Notes: generated by a model from the sequence alone, not told the origin. A DNA stretch of 64,000 nucleotides from Myxococcota bacterium (GCA_039028615.1 JBCCHT010000049.1:1-64000), one strand, 5' to 3'. Counted from the first letter of the stretch, positions 26,069 through 36,108 are shown. Translations and numbers: made by a program.

Positions 26069-26947
26069 CTACAGGTGCTTCTTCATCCAGTCGACGAAGA
26101 GCCGGTTGCGGGCGGACAGCAGCCGGGCGTGGGCGAAGATGATGTGCACGGGAATCGGCGGCGCCTCGAACTTGCGGAGCACCAGCCGGAGCTTCTTGGC
26201 GGCCACCAACGCTTCGACCTGATACGACAGAAACTGCCCGAAGCCGGCCCCGCGCACGCAGGCCTCGACGGAGGCGGGGACCTGGTTGCACTTGAGGCGA
26301 CCGTTCACCGGGATCGACAGCGGTCGTCCCTTGTCCACGAAGGTCCAGTGGGGCGCGGCCGAGCTGCCCTGGAACTGGATGGTGGGTAGCTCCTGCAGAT
26401 GGCGTGGATGTCGAGGCGTGCCGTGGCGCTCGAGCAGGGCGGGGCTGGCCGCCACCACGCGCCGTACCTCGCCCACGCGGGTGGCGATCATCGAGGAGTC
26501 GGGCAGGGGCGCGATGCGAATGGCGATATCGATGCCCTCTTCCACGAGGTTCACCACCCGATCGAAGAGCACCAGGTCGACGCTGACCGCCTCGTGAGCG
26601 AGCAAGAAGCGGGTGACGGCGGGGATGACCTTGAGCTGACCGTAGGCCACGGGCGCGGTGACCCGCAGCTCGCCCCGGGGCTCGGCCTGCTGGTGGATCA
26701 GAGCGTGCTCCGCCTCGGCCACCTCGGCGAGGATGGTGCGGCAGCGCTCGGCGTACTCGCGCCCCTCGGGGGTCAGCGACATGCGTCGCGTCGTCCGTCG
26801 CAGCAGCCGGGTGCCCAACGCCTGCTCGAGCGTGGACAGACTACGCACCACGGTGGGCGGCGCCTTGCCCAACGCGCGCGCCGCCCCGGCGAGGCTGCCC
26901 GCGTCCACGATGGCGACGAAGGTCTGCATGGCCGCGAGCTTGTTCAT
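26069..26947 (-). CDS. LysR-family transcriptional regulator (CrgA-like)
   Basis: FVAIVDAGSLAGAARALG...LEQALGTRLLRRTTRRMSLTPEG; RGELRVTAP; DRVVNLVEEGIDIAIR. Confidence 0.95.
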   Translation of the reverse strand: MNKLAAMQTFVAIVDAGSLAGAARALGKAPPTVVRSLSTLEQALGTRLLRRTTRRMSLTPEGREYAERCRTILAEVAEAEHALIHQQAEPRGELRVTAPVAYGQLKVIPAVTRFLLAHEAVSVDLVLFDRVVNLVEEGIDIAIRIAPLPDSSMIATRVGEVRRVVAASPALLERHGTPRHPRHLQELPTIQFQGSSAAPHWTFVDKGRPLSIPVNGRLKCNQVPASVEACVRGAGFGQFLSYQVEALVAAKKLRLVLRKFEAPPIPVHIIFAHARLLSARNRLFVDWMKKHL

Positions 26948-26959
26948 GCCGATAGATTA

Positions 26960-26974
26960 GTCAGCTTTCCTGAC
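26960..26974. promoter_or_regulatory. Candidate LysR recognition site
   Basis: GTCAG-N5-CTGAC inverted repeat containing T-N11-A (26961-26973), in the AT-richer gap between the divergent LysR and VOC genes. Confidence 0.5.
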
Positions 26975-27047
26975 GGAAGATATCGATTTTCGAGCATTGA
27001 TGAGCTTTGGCTAACGCCTCATCGTGAGGTCGAAACGCGAGCTCACC

Positions 27048-27458
27048 ATGTCCAACGCCTCCGATTCCATCACTCTCGGCGCTCACCACATCGGCTTTAC
27101 CGTGCTCGACCTGGCCCGTACGCGTGACTTCTTCACCCGCGTGCTCGGCTTTCAGCTGGTGGGCGAAAAACCGAGCTATCCCGCGGCGTTCGTCAGCGAC
27201 GGGGCGATCATGCTGACGCTGTGGCAGGTGACGGACCCAGGCGACGCGGTGCCCTTCGATCGCAAGCGGGGGATCGGGCTGCACCACTTCGCGTTGCGGG
27301 TGGCCGACGATACGGCGCTCGACGAGGTCCATCGGCGGCTGGGGGCCGAGGCCGACGTGGAGATCGAGTTCCCGCCCGAGCCGCTGGGGGACGGACCGGT
27401 TCGACACATGATGTGCACCATCCCGGGCGGCATCCGCATGGAAGTCATCGCGGCCTAG
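27048..27458 (+). CDS. VOC/glyoxalase-family protein
   Basis: HHIGFTVLDLARTRDFFTRVLGF, GLHHFALRV, PGGIRMEV. Confidence 0.9.
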   Translation: MSNASDSITLGAHHIGFTVLDLARTRDFFTRVLGFQLVGEKPSYPAAFVSDGAIMLTLWQVTDPGDAVPFDRKRGIGLHHFALRVADDTALDEVHRRLGAEADVEIEFPPEPLGDGPVRHMMCTIPGGIRMEVIAA

Positions 27459-27475
27459 GCCGAGCGAGGCGCACG

Positions 27476-28393
27476 ATGGACGACCGATTCGACGAGCCTT
27501 CCGAGGCGTGGCCGTTTCACACGGGGGAGCAGCAGGCCCAGGCCTGCGCGCAGGTGCATGGGCTCGCCTCGAAGGTTCGTCGCTTCGTGCGTCCCTACAT
27601 GCCGGACCAGCACCGAGAGTTCTACGCCTCGCTGCCCTTCATGGTGGTGGCGGCGCGCGACGAAGGGGAGCGGCCGTGGGTCACCTTCGTGTGGGGGACG
27701 CCGGGCTTCGTGCGCAGTCCGACGCCCACGACTCTGCACGTCGATGCACGCCCCGACGCCGCAGACGCCCTCGCCGACGCGCTCGTGCCCGGCGTGGACG
27801 TGGGGCTGCTGGGGATCGAGCTGGCGACGCGACGTCGGAATCGGATCAACGGTCGGATTATGAGCGGCGAGGTGGGGGCGCTCGAGGTCCAGGTGGGGCA
27901 GAGCTTCGGCAACTGCCCCAAGTACATCACCCCGCGCACGTGGCAGGCCGTGGCGCGGCCGGGCTCGCCGCCCTCCGCCGAGCGCCATGCCACGCTCGAC
28001 GCTCGCCTGACTCGCTGGATCGAAGGCGCGGACACCTTGTTCATCGCCTCGGGATACGCGGGGCAGCGCGGGGATCGACGTACGGGCATGGACGCCTCCC
28101 ACCGCGGAGGGGAGCCCGGGTTCGTGGTCGTGCGTGACGAACGGACGGTGGTGATCCCGGACTACGCGGGCAACAATTTTTTCAACACCATCGGCAACCT
28201 CATGGTCGACCCCCGGGTGGGTCTGCTCTTCGTCGACTTCGAGACCGGCTCGCTGCTCCAGCTCACCGGGCGGGCGGCGATCGACTGGGCCACGCCCGAT
28301 GCCGCGAAGTACCCCGGCGCCAAGCGCCTCGTCGTGGTCACCGTGGACGAGGTGGTCGTGCTGCCCGAGGTGCTGCCGATGCGCGCCGACTGA
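27476..28393 (+). CDS. Pyridoxamine 5'-phosphate oxidase-like FMN-binding protein (tandem split barrel)
   Basis: PFHTGEQQAQ, MPDQHREFY, TRRRNRING, QSFGNCPKYI, DASHRGGEPGFV, PDYAGNNFFNTIGNL. Confidence 0.88.
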   Translation: MDDRFDEPSEAWPFHTGEQQAQACAQVHGLASKVRRFVRPYMPDQHREFYASLPFMVVAARDEGERPWVTFVWGTPGFVRSPTPTTLHVDARPDAADALADALVPGVDVGLLGIELATRRRNRINGRIMSGEVGALEVQVGQSFGNCPKYITPRTWQAVARPGSPPSAERHATLDARLTRWIEGADTLFIASGYAGQRGDRRTGMDASHRGGEPGFVVVRDERTVVIPDYAGNNFFNTIGNLMVDPRVGLLFVDFETGSLLQLTGRAAIDWATPDAAKYPGAKRLVVVTVDEVVVLPEVLPMRAD

Positions 28394-28396
28394 GGC

Positions 28397-29752
28397 TCAG
28401 CCCACGGGCGGGCAGGTCGTGTTCTGCAGCGCCCACCCGGTCATGTCCGAGTAGGTGTAGGGCGAGGACAACCCGTTGTAGGTGCCCTCGAGCGCACCCG
28501 AGGCGGGGTCGAACTTGTGGGCCATGCCGTTGACCGCCCACACGAACCCGTCGCCGTCGATGCTGATGCCCTTCACCTCGCCGCCGCCCGCAGGGACGAA
28601 CACGTTGCCGAGCTCGAGCGTCTCCACGTCGACCTCGATGGCCCCGGTGCTGGTGCCGATCCACATCTGGCCGCTGGGGTGCTCCATCAGCCCGGCTTGG
28701 CTCGTGAAGCTGCCCGGCACGATGTCCCAGGTCTCGGTCTCGGGATCGAAGCGGGCCGCGCTCGCGCCGAACATGCTCGACAGCCACACTCGCCCGTTGT
28801 GATCGACGGTGATCCCGTAGGGCGCGACCTCGGCCGGGACCATCCAGATGGTGGCCTCGAGCGTCTCGATGTCCACGCGCACCAGCTGGTTGTTGCCGAG
28901 CGTCAGCGCGCCTTGGGTCGAGAAGTACAGGTCGCCGTCTCCGTTGACGGCCCCTCCGTAGGCGCCGAGCTGGGCGCCCATGAACTCGGGCACCTCGACC
29001 GTCTCGAGGATCGAGCCGTCGTCGCCATCGACGAGCCAGGCGGTGGCGCCTCCCGGGCCGCCGATGCCGGGCAGTCCGATGACGCTGCTGCCCACCGTCC
29101 ACAGCCGCTGGCTGGAGGGCGCGTCGCAGTCCACCGCCTTCGGGTCTTCGGGCGGAGCCCAGGCCACGGGACGCTGATTGGAAGTGGGGAAGTCGACGAA
29201 CCAGGCGCGGCACTCCTCTTGAGCAAACGGCAGCACGTCGCCTGCTCCGGACGAGGTCTGGATCCCGGGCGTGCCGTTGCTCTCCACGCAGTCGTTGGGG
29301 TCGGCGTAGAACTTCGCGAGGCCGCCGTAACGGTTGGCCACCACCACGTCACCCGTGAAGCTGACCGAGGTCCGCGAGGGACTGCCCGCCAGATCGGCGC
29401 GGGTCCGGTAGCGGCCGACCTCCTCCAGGGTCTGGGTGTCGATCTTGGACAGGGTGCTCTCCTCGGAGTTGGCGATCCAGATGAAGCCCCGCTGACAGCC
29501 GCACAGGTCCTCGGTGTCGCCCACGTCCAGGATCACGCCGGTCTCGTCGAGGCTGCGGGTGTCCGTGCTCTCGAGGGCGCCGCTGCTGCTGCTCGTCGCG
29601 GGGCTGGCCTGGCCCGTCGTGGCGTCCGTGCCGTCGTTGAACACTCCGCCGTCGCCGGGGCTGCCGTTGCAGGCCGCCATGGCCATCGTGGTGAGCAGCG
29701 CGGCGGCGTTCACACCCGCGCATCCACGTTTACGTCCTGACTCTTCGTTCAT
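28397..29752 (-). CDS. Myxobacterial lipoprotein with Vgb/streptogramin-lyase-like beta-propeller
   Basis: AMAAC lipobox; Ser/Thr linker; IWIANSEESTLSKIDT, SPSRTSVS, PYGITVDHNGRVW, PYTYSDMTG. Confidence 0.75.
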   Translation of the reverse strand: MNEESGRKRGCAGVNAAALLTTMAMAACNGSPGDGGVFNDGTDATTGQASPATSSSSGALESTDTRSLDETGVILDVGDTEDLCGCQRGFIWIANSEESTLSKIDTQTLEEVGRYRTRADLAGSPSRTSVSFTGDVVVANRYGGLAKFYADPNDCVESNGTPGIQTSSGAGDVLPFAQEECRAWFVDFPTSNQRPVAWAPPEDPKAVDCDAPSSQRLWTVGSSVIGLPGIGGPGGATAWLVDGDDGSILETVEVPEFMGAQLGAYGGAVNGDGDLYFSTQGALTLGNNQLVRVDIETLEATIWMVPAEVAPYGITVDHNGRVWLSSMFGASAARFDPETETWDIVPGSFTSQAGLMEHPSGQMWIGTSTGAIEVDVETLELGNVFVPAGGGEVKGISIDGDGFVWAVNGMAHKFDPASGALEGTYNGLSSPYTYSDMTGWALQNTTCPPVG

Positions 29753-29932
29753 CGTTCGACCCCCCCAGGCCTCGGTGGTGAAGGACGAGTATCGCGTGGG
29801 ACTGTGCAGACTCGATCCCCAGTACTGCGTGGGGATTCTCTCAGGTCGATCAGCGGTCCCGCCTGCCTTGCGTGCCCGGGGTGAGGCTGCGAGCATCCTG
29901 CTTCCGCCGACATGTTCTCGGAGGTCGACCAA

Positions 29933-31552
29933 GTGGCAGAATCCAAAGATCAAAAAGGGCATCCATCCGGCCTCTACGTCCTGTTCTCGGCCGAGATGTG
30001 GGAGCGTTTTTGCTACTACACGATGCGGGGTCTGCTGACCCTGTACCTCACCAAGGCCCTGGTGATGGGCGACACCAAGGCGTTCGCGATCTACGGCGCC
30101 TATACGGCGCTCGTGTACGCGGCCCCGGTGCTCGGCGGCCAGATCGCGGACAAGATCCTCGGCTATCGCCGCGCGGTGATCCTCGGCGGCGTGATGATGA
30201 TGATCGGCGAGTTCATCATCTGCTTCGGCACGCCTGACGCGATGTACCTCGGGATGGGGGTCATCATCGTCGGCAACGGCTACTTCAAGGCGAACATCTC
30301 GAGCATCGTCGGCAAGCTCTACGAAGACGGCGACCCCCGACGCGACTCGGGCTTCACCATCTTCTACATGGGCATCAACGTCGGCGCGGTGATGGCCACC
30401 CTGATCGGCGCTCCGGTGGGCGAGGGACTCGCGGCGGGCGAGCTGGGCAACGCCGGCTACCTGGTGGGCTTTGCTCTGGCCGGCGTCGGCATGATCGCCG
30501 GCCTCGCCTTCTTCATCCTCGGCAAGCACAAGCTCGAGGGCAGGGGCGAGCCGCCCGATCTGGAGAAGCTGCACGCCCCCGTGTTCGCGGGCATGAGCCT
30601 GCAGACGGTGACCATCGTGCTGTCCTTCGCCGTGGTCCCGGCGCTGTACTACCTCATCCAGTACAAGAGCATCGTCGACGTCGTGCTGCTGGTCGCCCTG
30701 GGCGCGGTGGTGGTCCAGCTTTTCATCGCCGCGTTCTCCGACGGCGGCAAGGTCCAGCGCGATCGCATCTTCGTGCTGATGATCCTGATGGTCTTCAACG
30801 TGGTGTTCTGGGCGTGCTTCGAGCAGGCGGGCACTTCGCTGACCCTCTTCGCCGACCGCAACGTGGACCGGGCCATCTTCGGCTGGGAGATGCCGGCCTC
30901 GATGACGCAGTTCTTCAACCCTGCGTTCATCGTGCTGTTCGGGTCGTTCTTCTCGGTGCTGTGGATCAAGCTCGACAAGAAGAACCTCAACCCGAACATC
31001 CCGATGAAGTTCGGCATGGGCATCATGCAGCTCGGCTTCGGCTACCTGCTGCTCCAGCTGGGCGCGCAGATGGCTGGCGCCGATGCTCGGGTGCCGCTGT
31101 TCATCCTGGTGTTCATGTACATGCTGCACACGACGGGCGAGCTGTTCTTGTCCCCGATCGGCCTGTCCATGGTCACCAAGTTGGCCCCCAGGCACATGAC
31201 CGGCTCGGTCATGGGGGCCTGGTTCCTGTCCTTCGCGTTCGCGAACTCGCTGGCGGCGTTCATCGCCCAGTTCACGGGCGGTGAGCACGGCGGCGGCGGG
31301 CCGATCACCAGCATGGTCGATCAAGCGGTGAAGATCGTGACCCCACCCGAAGGGGCTCTACACACGCTGGTCGGCACGGCGCAGACGATGGCCACCTCCG
31401 AGCACTGGGTGAAGGTCAGCGAAGAAGCGACCAAGAGCCTCGAAGGCTATCTCGGCCCCTTCACCACCATGGGTCTCATCTCGGTGGGAATCGGGGTCTT
31501 CCTCGCGGTGGCCTCACCGTGGCTCAACAAGATGATGCACGGGGTCAAGTAG
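29933..31552 (+). CDS. Proton-dependent oligopeptide transporter (POT/PTR, MFS)
   Basis: EMWERFCYY (ExxERFxYY), GNGYFKANIS, FTIFYMGINVG, GELFLSPIGLS. GGAGG precedes GTG 29933. Confidence 0.95.
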   Translation: MAESKDQKGHPSGLYVLFSAEMWERFCYYTMRGLLTLYLTKALVMGDTKAFAIYGAYTALVYAAPVLGGQIADKILGYRRAVILGGVMMMIGEFIICFGTPDAMYLGMGVIIVGNGYFKANISSIVGKLYEDGDPRRDSGFTIFYMGINVGAVMATLIGAPVGEGLAAGELGNAGYLVGFALAGVGMIAGLAFFILGKHKLEGRGEPPDLEKLHAPVFAGMSLQTVTIVLSFAVVPALYYLIQYKSIVDVVLLVALGAVVVQLFIAAFSDGGKVQRDRIFVLMILMVFNVVFWACFEQAGTSLTLFADRNVDRAIFGWEMPASMTQFFNPAFIVLFGSFFSVLWIKLDKKNLNPNIPMKFGMGIMQLGFGYLLLQLGAQMAGADARVPLFILVFMYMLHTTGELFLSPIGLSMVTKLAPRHMTGSVMGAWFLSFAFANSLAAFIAQFTGGEHGGGGPITSMVDQAVKIVTPPEGALHTLVGTAQTMATSEHWVKVSEEATKSLEGYLGPFTTMGLISVGIGVFLAVASPWLNKMMHGVK

Positions 31553-31578
31553 CCCCCGACCAGGAAAGAGAAGCACCA

Positions 31579-31884
31579 ATGCAAGCAGCAAAGGGCAAAT
31601 GTTTGGCCGGGGTCGTCATCGCGATGGCGCTGGCGGGTTGTGGCAACGAAAAATGCGACGCGCTGGGCAAGCACATGGCCGACGTGGTGCTGGCCGAGGC
31701 CGCCGACAAGGCGGCGGTCGAGGACAAGCGCGAGGACATCGTCAAGAAGACGATCGAGGCCTGCCAGGCCGAGCCGCCCGAGGAAAAGGCGCTCGACTGT
31801 GCCCTGAAGGCCAAGTCCACGGCCGAGATGAAGGCCTGCGAGGCCGACGACGAGAAGAAGGCCGACGAAGAAAAGAAGGACTGA
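31579..31884 (+). CDS. Small hypothetical lipoprotein
   Basis: IAMALAGC lipobox; four further Cys in a charged helical domain. Confidence 0.7.
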   Translation: MQAAKGKCLAGVVIAMALAGCGNEKCDALGKHMADVVLAEAADKAAVEDKREDIVKKTIEACQAEPPEEKALDCALKAKSTAEMKACEADDEKKADEEKKD

Positions 31885-31909
31885 AGTCCCGGCTTCGCGG
31901 GGAAAGGCC

Positions 31910-32521
31910 ATGGCACGGACGCCCAGGGGTCCCCCTTCGGTCGGACCCACCGTCGACTACCAGGAGCCCGAGCTCTCCGAGCTGGGGCGCCCCTGTCTCG
32001 AGGTCGTCCGCGGCGTCCCCTTCGGCAAGCCGGTGCTGCTGCGCGTCGGCTCGTCGCTGGTCGGGCGTGACCCCGAGGCCGAGCTGCGTCTCGATGTCAG
32101 CGGGGTGTCGCGCAAGCACGCCCGGCTCTCGGTGAGCGACGAGGGCGAGGTCCGCCTCACCGACCTGGGCTCGCGCAACGGCAGCTTCGTCAACGCGCAG
32201 CGGGTCGAGAGCGCGGCGCTGCGGGATCACGACGAGCTGCGCTTTGGCCCCGCGGTGCTGCGCCTGCGCTTCATCGGCCGCGAGGCGCCGCTGCCCGCCG
32301 CGCCGCAGCCGGTCCGACCCCCCGAGCTGAGCGAGCGCGAGTTCGAGGTCGCCTGCCTGGTCGCCGAGGGGCTGACCAACGCCGAGGTCGGCAAGCGCCT
32401 GTTCATCAGCCCCGCCACCGTGGGTCGGCACCTGTCGAACATCTACGAGCGTCTCGACATCCACTCGCGCGCGGCGCTGACCCGCTTCATCACCGATCCG
32501 CACGCGCGCCGCGGCTCCTAG
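31910..32521 (+). CDS. FHA-domain plus LuxR HTH regulator
   Basis: FHA motifs VGRD...VSRKHA...DLGSRNGSFVN; LSEREFEVACLVAEGLTNAEVGKRLFISPATVGRHLSNIYERL. Confidence 0.9.
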   Translation: MARTPRGPPSVGPTVDYQEPELSELGRPCLEVVRGVPFGKPVLLRVGSSLVGRDPEAELRLDVSGVSRKHARLSVSDEGEVRLTDLGSRNGSFVNAQRVESAALRDHDELRFGPAVLRLRFIGREAPLPAAPQPVRPPELSEREFEVACLVAEGLTNAEVGKRLFISPATVGRHLSNIYERLDIHSRAALTRFITDPHARRGS

Positions 32522-32645
32522 TGCGTTGCAGCCCCTGACTGCAGTCCATGGACTGTGGTGGACTGCGACGTTTCAGAATGCACGACCGAGACGGAATCAT
32601 TGGGTAAATCGGGGTGATCGAGTCTTGCTACCGTGGAGGGGCACC

Positions 32646-33464
32646 ATGCACTCCACGTCCCGCCTGCTCGCCGCGCCCGCCTTCCTCGGTCTTGCCGCTC
32701 TGACCTCGTCGGGGTGTCTCCCCGACAATGCATCGCGGTCCGAGATGCGCGAGGCGCTGGTCGAGATCGCGGCGATGGGCGATGGCCTCGGCGCGCAGGA
32801 CGACATCATCGAGCTGACCACCAGCTTCACGCTGGGGCAGGGCGTCGAGGCGGCGGCCGAGGAGATCCGGGCCTTCGTGGCCAGCCAGGTGCCGTGCTCG
32901 ACGGTGACGGTGAGCCCGGGGCAGGTCTCGATCGACTTCGGCGATCTCGAGGACGCCTGTGTCTATCGCGGTCGGACCTACGCGGGGGTGGTGACGGTGT
33001 CGGTCGAGCTGACCGGCGACGGCGCCCACGTGACGCACCTGTACGAGGGCTTCACGGGTGGCAAGGTGACGATGGACGGCACGGCGGACGTGCACTGGGA
33101 CGACGGCACGCGCCACATCGTGACCGACTTCGACTTCGTGACCGACGATCGCACGGTGGCGGTGGACTCCGATCGCACCCAGACCTTCAGCGCATGCCCC
33201 GATGCGGAAGCGGTCTGCGTGCACATCGAGGGCGACCGCCACTGGGTCAACGAGCGCGGCGAGTGGGACATGACCATCGAGGACATCCAGGCCCGCAGCA
33301 TCGATCCCGTGCCCGAGTCGGGTCGCTACGTGGTGGTGAACCCCGAGGACCGCGAGATCGGCCTGAGCTTCTCGCGGGTCGACGGCAACACCATCGAGGT
33401 CGTGCTCTCGGGAGGTCGTCGCGACTTCACGCTAGAGGTCACGGCGGCGGGGCAGGTCGAGTAG
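32646..33464 (+). CDS. Hypothetical beta-rich lipoprotein
   Basis: GGAGG before ATG 32646; LAALTSSGC lipobox. Confidence 0.72.
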   Translation: MHSTSRLLAAPAFLGLAALTSSGCLPDNASRSEMREALVEIAAMGDGLGAQDDIIELTTSFTLGQGVEAAAEEIRAFVASQVPCSTVTVSPGQVSIDFGDLEDACVYRGRTYAGVVTVSVELTGDGAHVTHLYEGFTGGKVTMDGTADVHWDDGTRHIVTDFDFVTDDRTVAVDSDRTQTFSACPDAEAVCVHIEGDRHWVNERGEWDMTIEDIQARSIDPVPESGRYVVVNPEDREIGLSFSRVDGNTIEVVLSGGRRDFTLEVTAAGQVE

Positions 33465-34907
33465 GGCGGCCTCAGCCAGTCGTTTCACGGCCTCGCGGAG
33501 CTCGTCTTCGTCGTGGCGGGCGAAGCCGAGGCGGGCGTAAGGGCGGCGCCGACCGTCGAAGCTGAAGACCCGCGCGGGCCGAATCCGAACCCCGCGCTGG
33601 GCCGCACGCTCGCTCCAGTCGTCGGGGTCGAGGCCATCGAGCCGTACCCACAGCGCCAAGCCCCCGGTGGGGGGCCGGATGTCCACGAAGTCGCCCAGGC
33701 GTGTCTGCAGGCCCTCGACCAGCGCATCGCGGCGCGCCATGTAGTTGCGGCGCGCTCGCCAGACGTGCCGCTGCAGGTCGCCGTCTTCCATCAGCTCGGC
33801 CACCGCCGCTTCGACGGCGAGGTCGCCCTGGCGATCGATGGTGGCGCGAAGGTCCGTCAGCCGTCGTAGCAAGGGCGCGGGGGCGACGACGTAGCCGATG
33901 CGCAGCCCCGGCGCGAGCACCTTGGACAGCGTGCCCACGTAGATGACGTGCCCGCCGCGATCGAGGGTCGCGAGCGGGAGCACGGGGGGCCCTTCGTAGT
34001 GGAACTCGTGATCGTAGTCGTCTTCGATGATCGCGAGCCGATGGGTCCGGGCCAGGTCGAGCAGCGCCAGTCGCCGCGGGCCGCTGAGCGTGACGGTGGT
34101 GGGGTACTGATGGTGCGGCGTGAGGTAGACGGCGCGCAGCGATTGCTCCTTCGCGAGCTCGGCCAGGCGCTCGACATCGAGGCCTTCGTCGTCCACGGCC
34201 ACGGGCACCAGCTCCGCGCCGTGGGCCTTGAGGGCGTCCCACGCGGGGCGATAGCCAAAGGACTCCACGGCCACCCGATCGCCTGGGCGCAAGACGGCGG
34301 CGGCCACCAGCCACAGCGCCATCTGGCTGCCGCGCGTCACGAATACGTCGTCGCGCTCGCAGGCCAGGCCGCGGGCGTCGGCCAGCATGGCCGCGAGCTG
34401 CTGGCGTAGCGCGGGCAGGCCGGACACGGGCCCGTAGTCGAGCAGGGTCTGCGCGTGACGCTTGAGCCCGCGACGGTACGCCCGCGCGAGCACGTCCCAG
34501 GGCACGAGTCGCACGTCGGGCAGGCCCCCGGCCAGGTCGTATTCGAAATGGGGAGCGGTGTACGCCTGCGTCGGGGGCAGCTCGCCCAGGGCGAACCCCA
34601 GCCGGCCCGGCATGGCGGCTCGTGGCCCGTCGTCGCGCCGCGGTGGTCGTTGCCCGGGACTGGCCACTCTCCGTCCCCGGGCGGGCTCGGTGCGGATCCA
34701 GCCTTCGGCATCCAACGCGTCGTACGCCACGTTGACCGTGTTGCGATTGACGCCCAGCTGCTGCGCGAGGCTCCGGGAGCCGGGCAAGCGCTGGTCGGGC
34801 CGCAGGCGCCCCCGCAGGATCTCCCGCCGAATGGCGGAGGCGATGCGCACGGCCAGCCCGCCCGCGTCTTCGGGCGGCAGCTCGAGCGCCAGGGTCCAAT
34901 CTCCCAC
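33432..34907 (-). CDS. MocR/GabR-family regulator (GntR HTH plus PLP aminotransferase-like domain)
   Basis: GRLRPDQRLPGSRSLAQQLGVNRNTV...AYDALDAEGW; YLTPHHQYPT; IEDDYDHEF; GTLSKVLAPGLRIGY. Confidence 0.93.
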   Translation of the reverse strand: MGDWTLALELPPEDAGGLAVRIASAIRREILRGRLRPDQRLPGSRSLAQQLGVNRNTVNVAYDALDAEGWIRTEPARGRRVASPGQRPPRRDDGPRAAMPGRLGFALGELPPTQAYTAPHFEYDLAGGLPDVRLVPWDVLARAYRRGLKRHAQTLLDYGPVSGLPALRQQLAAMLADARGLACERDDVFVTRGSQMALWLVAAAVLRPGDRVAVESFGYRPAWDALKAHGAELVPVAVDDEGLDVERLAELAKEQSLRAVYLTPHHQYPTTVTLSGPRRLALLDLARTHRLAIIEDDYDHEFHYEGPPVLPLATLDRGGHVIYVGTLSKVLAPGLRIGYVVAPAPLLRRLTDLRATIDRQGDLAVEAAVAELMEDGDLQRHVWRARRNYMARRDALVEGLQTRLGDFVDIRPPTGGLALWVRLDGLDPDDWSERAAQRGVRIRPARVFSFDGRRRPYARLGFARHDEDELREAVKRLAEAALLDLPRRRDL

Positions 34908-34941
34908 GGGTCATGGGTACCACGCCCTCGCCCCCGATCTT

Positions 34942-34987
34942 GAACTGGACTAGTCAAAAAATACGAACTGGACCTCCTGGATAGTCC
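34942..34987. promoter_or_regulatory. Candidate MocR-type operator
   Basis: GAACTGGAC direct repeats at 34942-34950 and 34965-34973 flanking an A-tract, plus an inverted partial AGTCC at 34983-34987. Confidence 0.65.
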
Positions 34988-35009
34988 GTTTGGATTCATC
35001 TTCCCCTGC

Positions 35010-36044
35010 ATGGAGTCGAGCCCCTTCGCGATGACCGACCAGGAGGTCTTCGAGCTGTTCCGACGCACGGGTGTGCTGCGCATGGCCACCGTCACCCCGC
35101 GGGGGCCCCTGATGCGCACCATGGATTGCGCGGTCGTGGACGGAACCCTGTGCTTTCACGGCGGCGATCGGGGCGAGAAGCTCGACCTGCTGGAGCAGGA
35201 GGTGGTGGCGAGCACGGACGAGACGGTGGCGCACCTGCCCAGCTGGTTCTTCGACGAGCGCCGGGCCTGCCCCGCCACGACCTACTACCGCAGCGCGGTG
35301 TTGCGGGGTCGAGTGGAACGGGTGGAGGTGCCCGCCGAGAAGGCGGCGATCCTGCGGGCGTTGATGGAGCGCCATCAGCCCGAGGGGCGCTACCAAGATC
35401 TCGTGGCCCACGACCCGCTGTACACCGCGGTCATCGACAAGCTGCTGGTGGCTCGCTTTCGGCCCACGTCGATCTCGGGCAAGGCCAAGCTCGGGCAACA
35501 CAAGGGACCACGCACCATTGCCAAGGCGGTCGCGGGGCTATGGCAACGTGGCGAGCCCGGCGACTTGGCGGCGATCCGGGCCATCCTCGAGGCTCACCCC
35601 CGCGCTCTTCCGCCGCAGTGGATGCTCGGTCCCGAAGGGTCGGTCTTCGAGGTGTCACCCGGCGAGCGCGAGCTCGAGGCCGCCGTCGAGCTGGTGCGCG
35701 ACGAGTACTGGAACGTGGGGGTGGAACCGTGGCGGATCCGTGATGCCCATCGGTCGAGCGCGGCGTGGGTCGTCGCCCGCGATGCCGCGGGGCGGGTGGT
35801 GGCCACCGCCCGAGCGATGAGCGACGACGCCAAGGCGGCGTGGATCTACGACGTCGCGGTGAGCCGCACGGTCCGGGCCCGCGGTGTGGGCCAGGCCCTC
35901 ATGGCGCTGCTGCTCGACCACCCCCGGGTTCGCCGCGCCCGACGAGTCGTGCTGCGCACCCGCGATGCGCACGGCTTCTACGCGAAGTTTGGGTTCGGTC
36001 ATGAGACGGGGCGCAACGACTTGCTCGCGGTCATTCGAACGTGA
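35010..36044 (+). CDS. Fusion of flavin-binding split-barrel (NimA/Pyridox_ox_2-like) domain and GNAT acetyltransferase
   Basis: LCFHG...CPATTYYRSAVLRG...EKAAILRALMERHQPEG...GKAKLGQ, then WIYDVAVSRTVRARGVGQALM...LRTRDAHGFYAKFGF. Confidence 0.82.
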   Translation: MESSPFAMTDQEVFELFRRTGVLRMATVTPRGPLMRTMDCAVVDGTLCFHGGDRGEKLDLLEQEVVASTDETVAHLPSWFFDERRACPATTYYRSAVLRGRVERVEVPAEKAAILRALMERHQPEGRYQDLVAHDPLYTAVIDKLLVARFRPTSISGKAKLGQHKGPRTIAKAVAGLWQRGEPGDLAAIRAILEAHPRALPPQWMLGPEGSVFEVSPGERELEAAVELVRDEYWNVGVEPWRIRDAHRSSAAWVVARDAAGRVVATARAMSDDAKAAWIYDVAVSRTVRARGVGQALMALLLDHPRVRRARRVVLRTRDAHGFYAKFGFGHETGRNDLLAVIRT

Positions 36045-36047
36045 CGA

Positions 36048-36072
36048 AGCCGACCCACGGCGTGGGTCGGCT
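36048..36072. terminator. Hairpin between convergent genes
   Basis: AGCCGACCCAC / GTGGGTCGGCT perfect 11-bp stem. Confidence 0.5.
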
Positions 36073-36108
36073 CCGATGAACCCCTGACTGGGGCAAAACG
36101 ACTCAGCC

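Noticed and set aside
28397..31324. 975-aa minus-strand ORF
   Set aside because: The real lipoprotein starts near 29752; the upstream part is antisense to the POT transporter.
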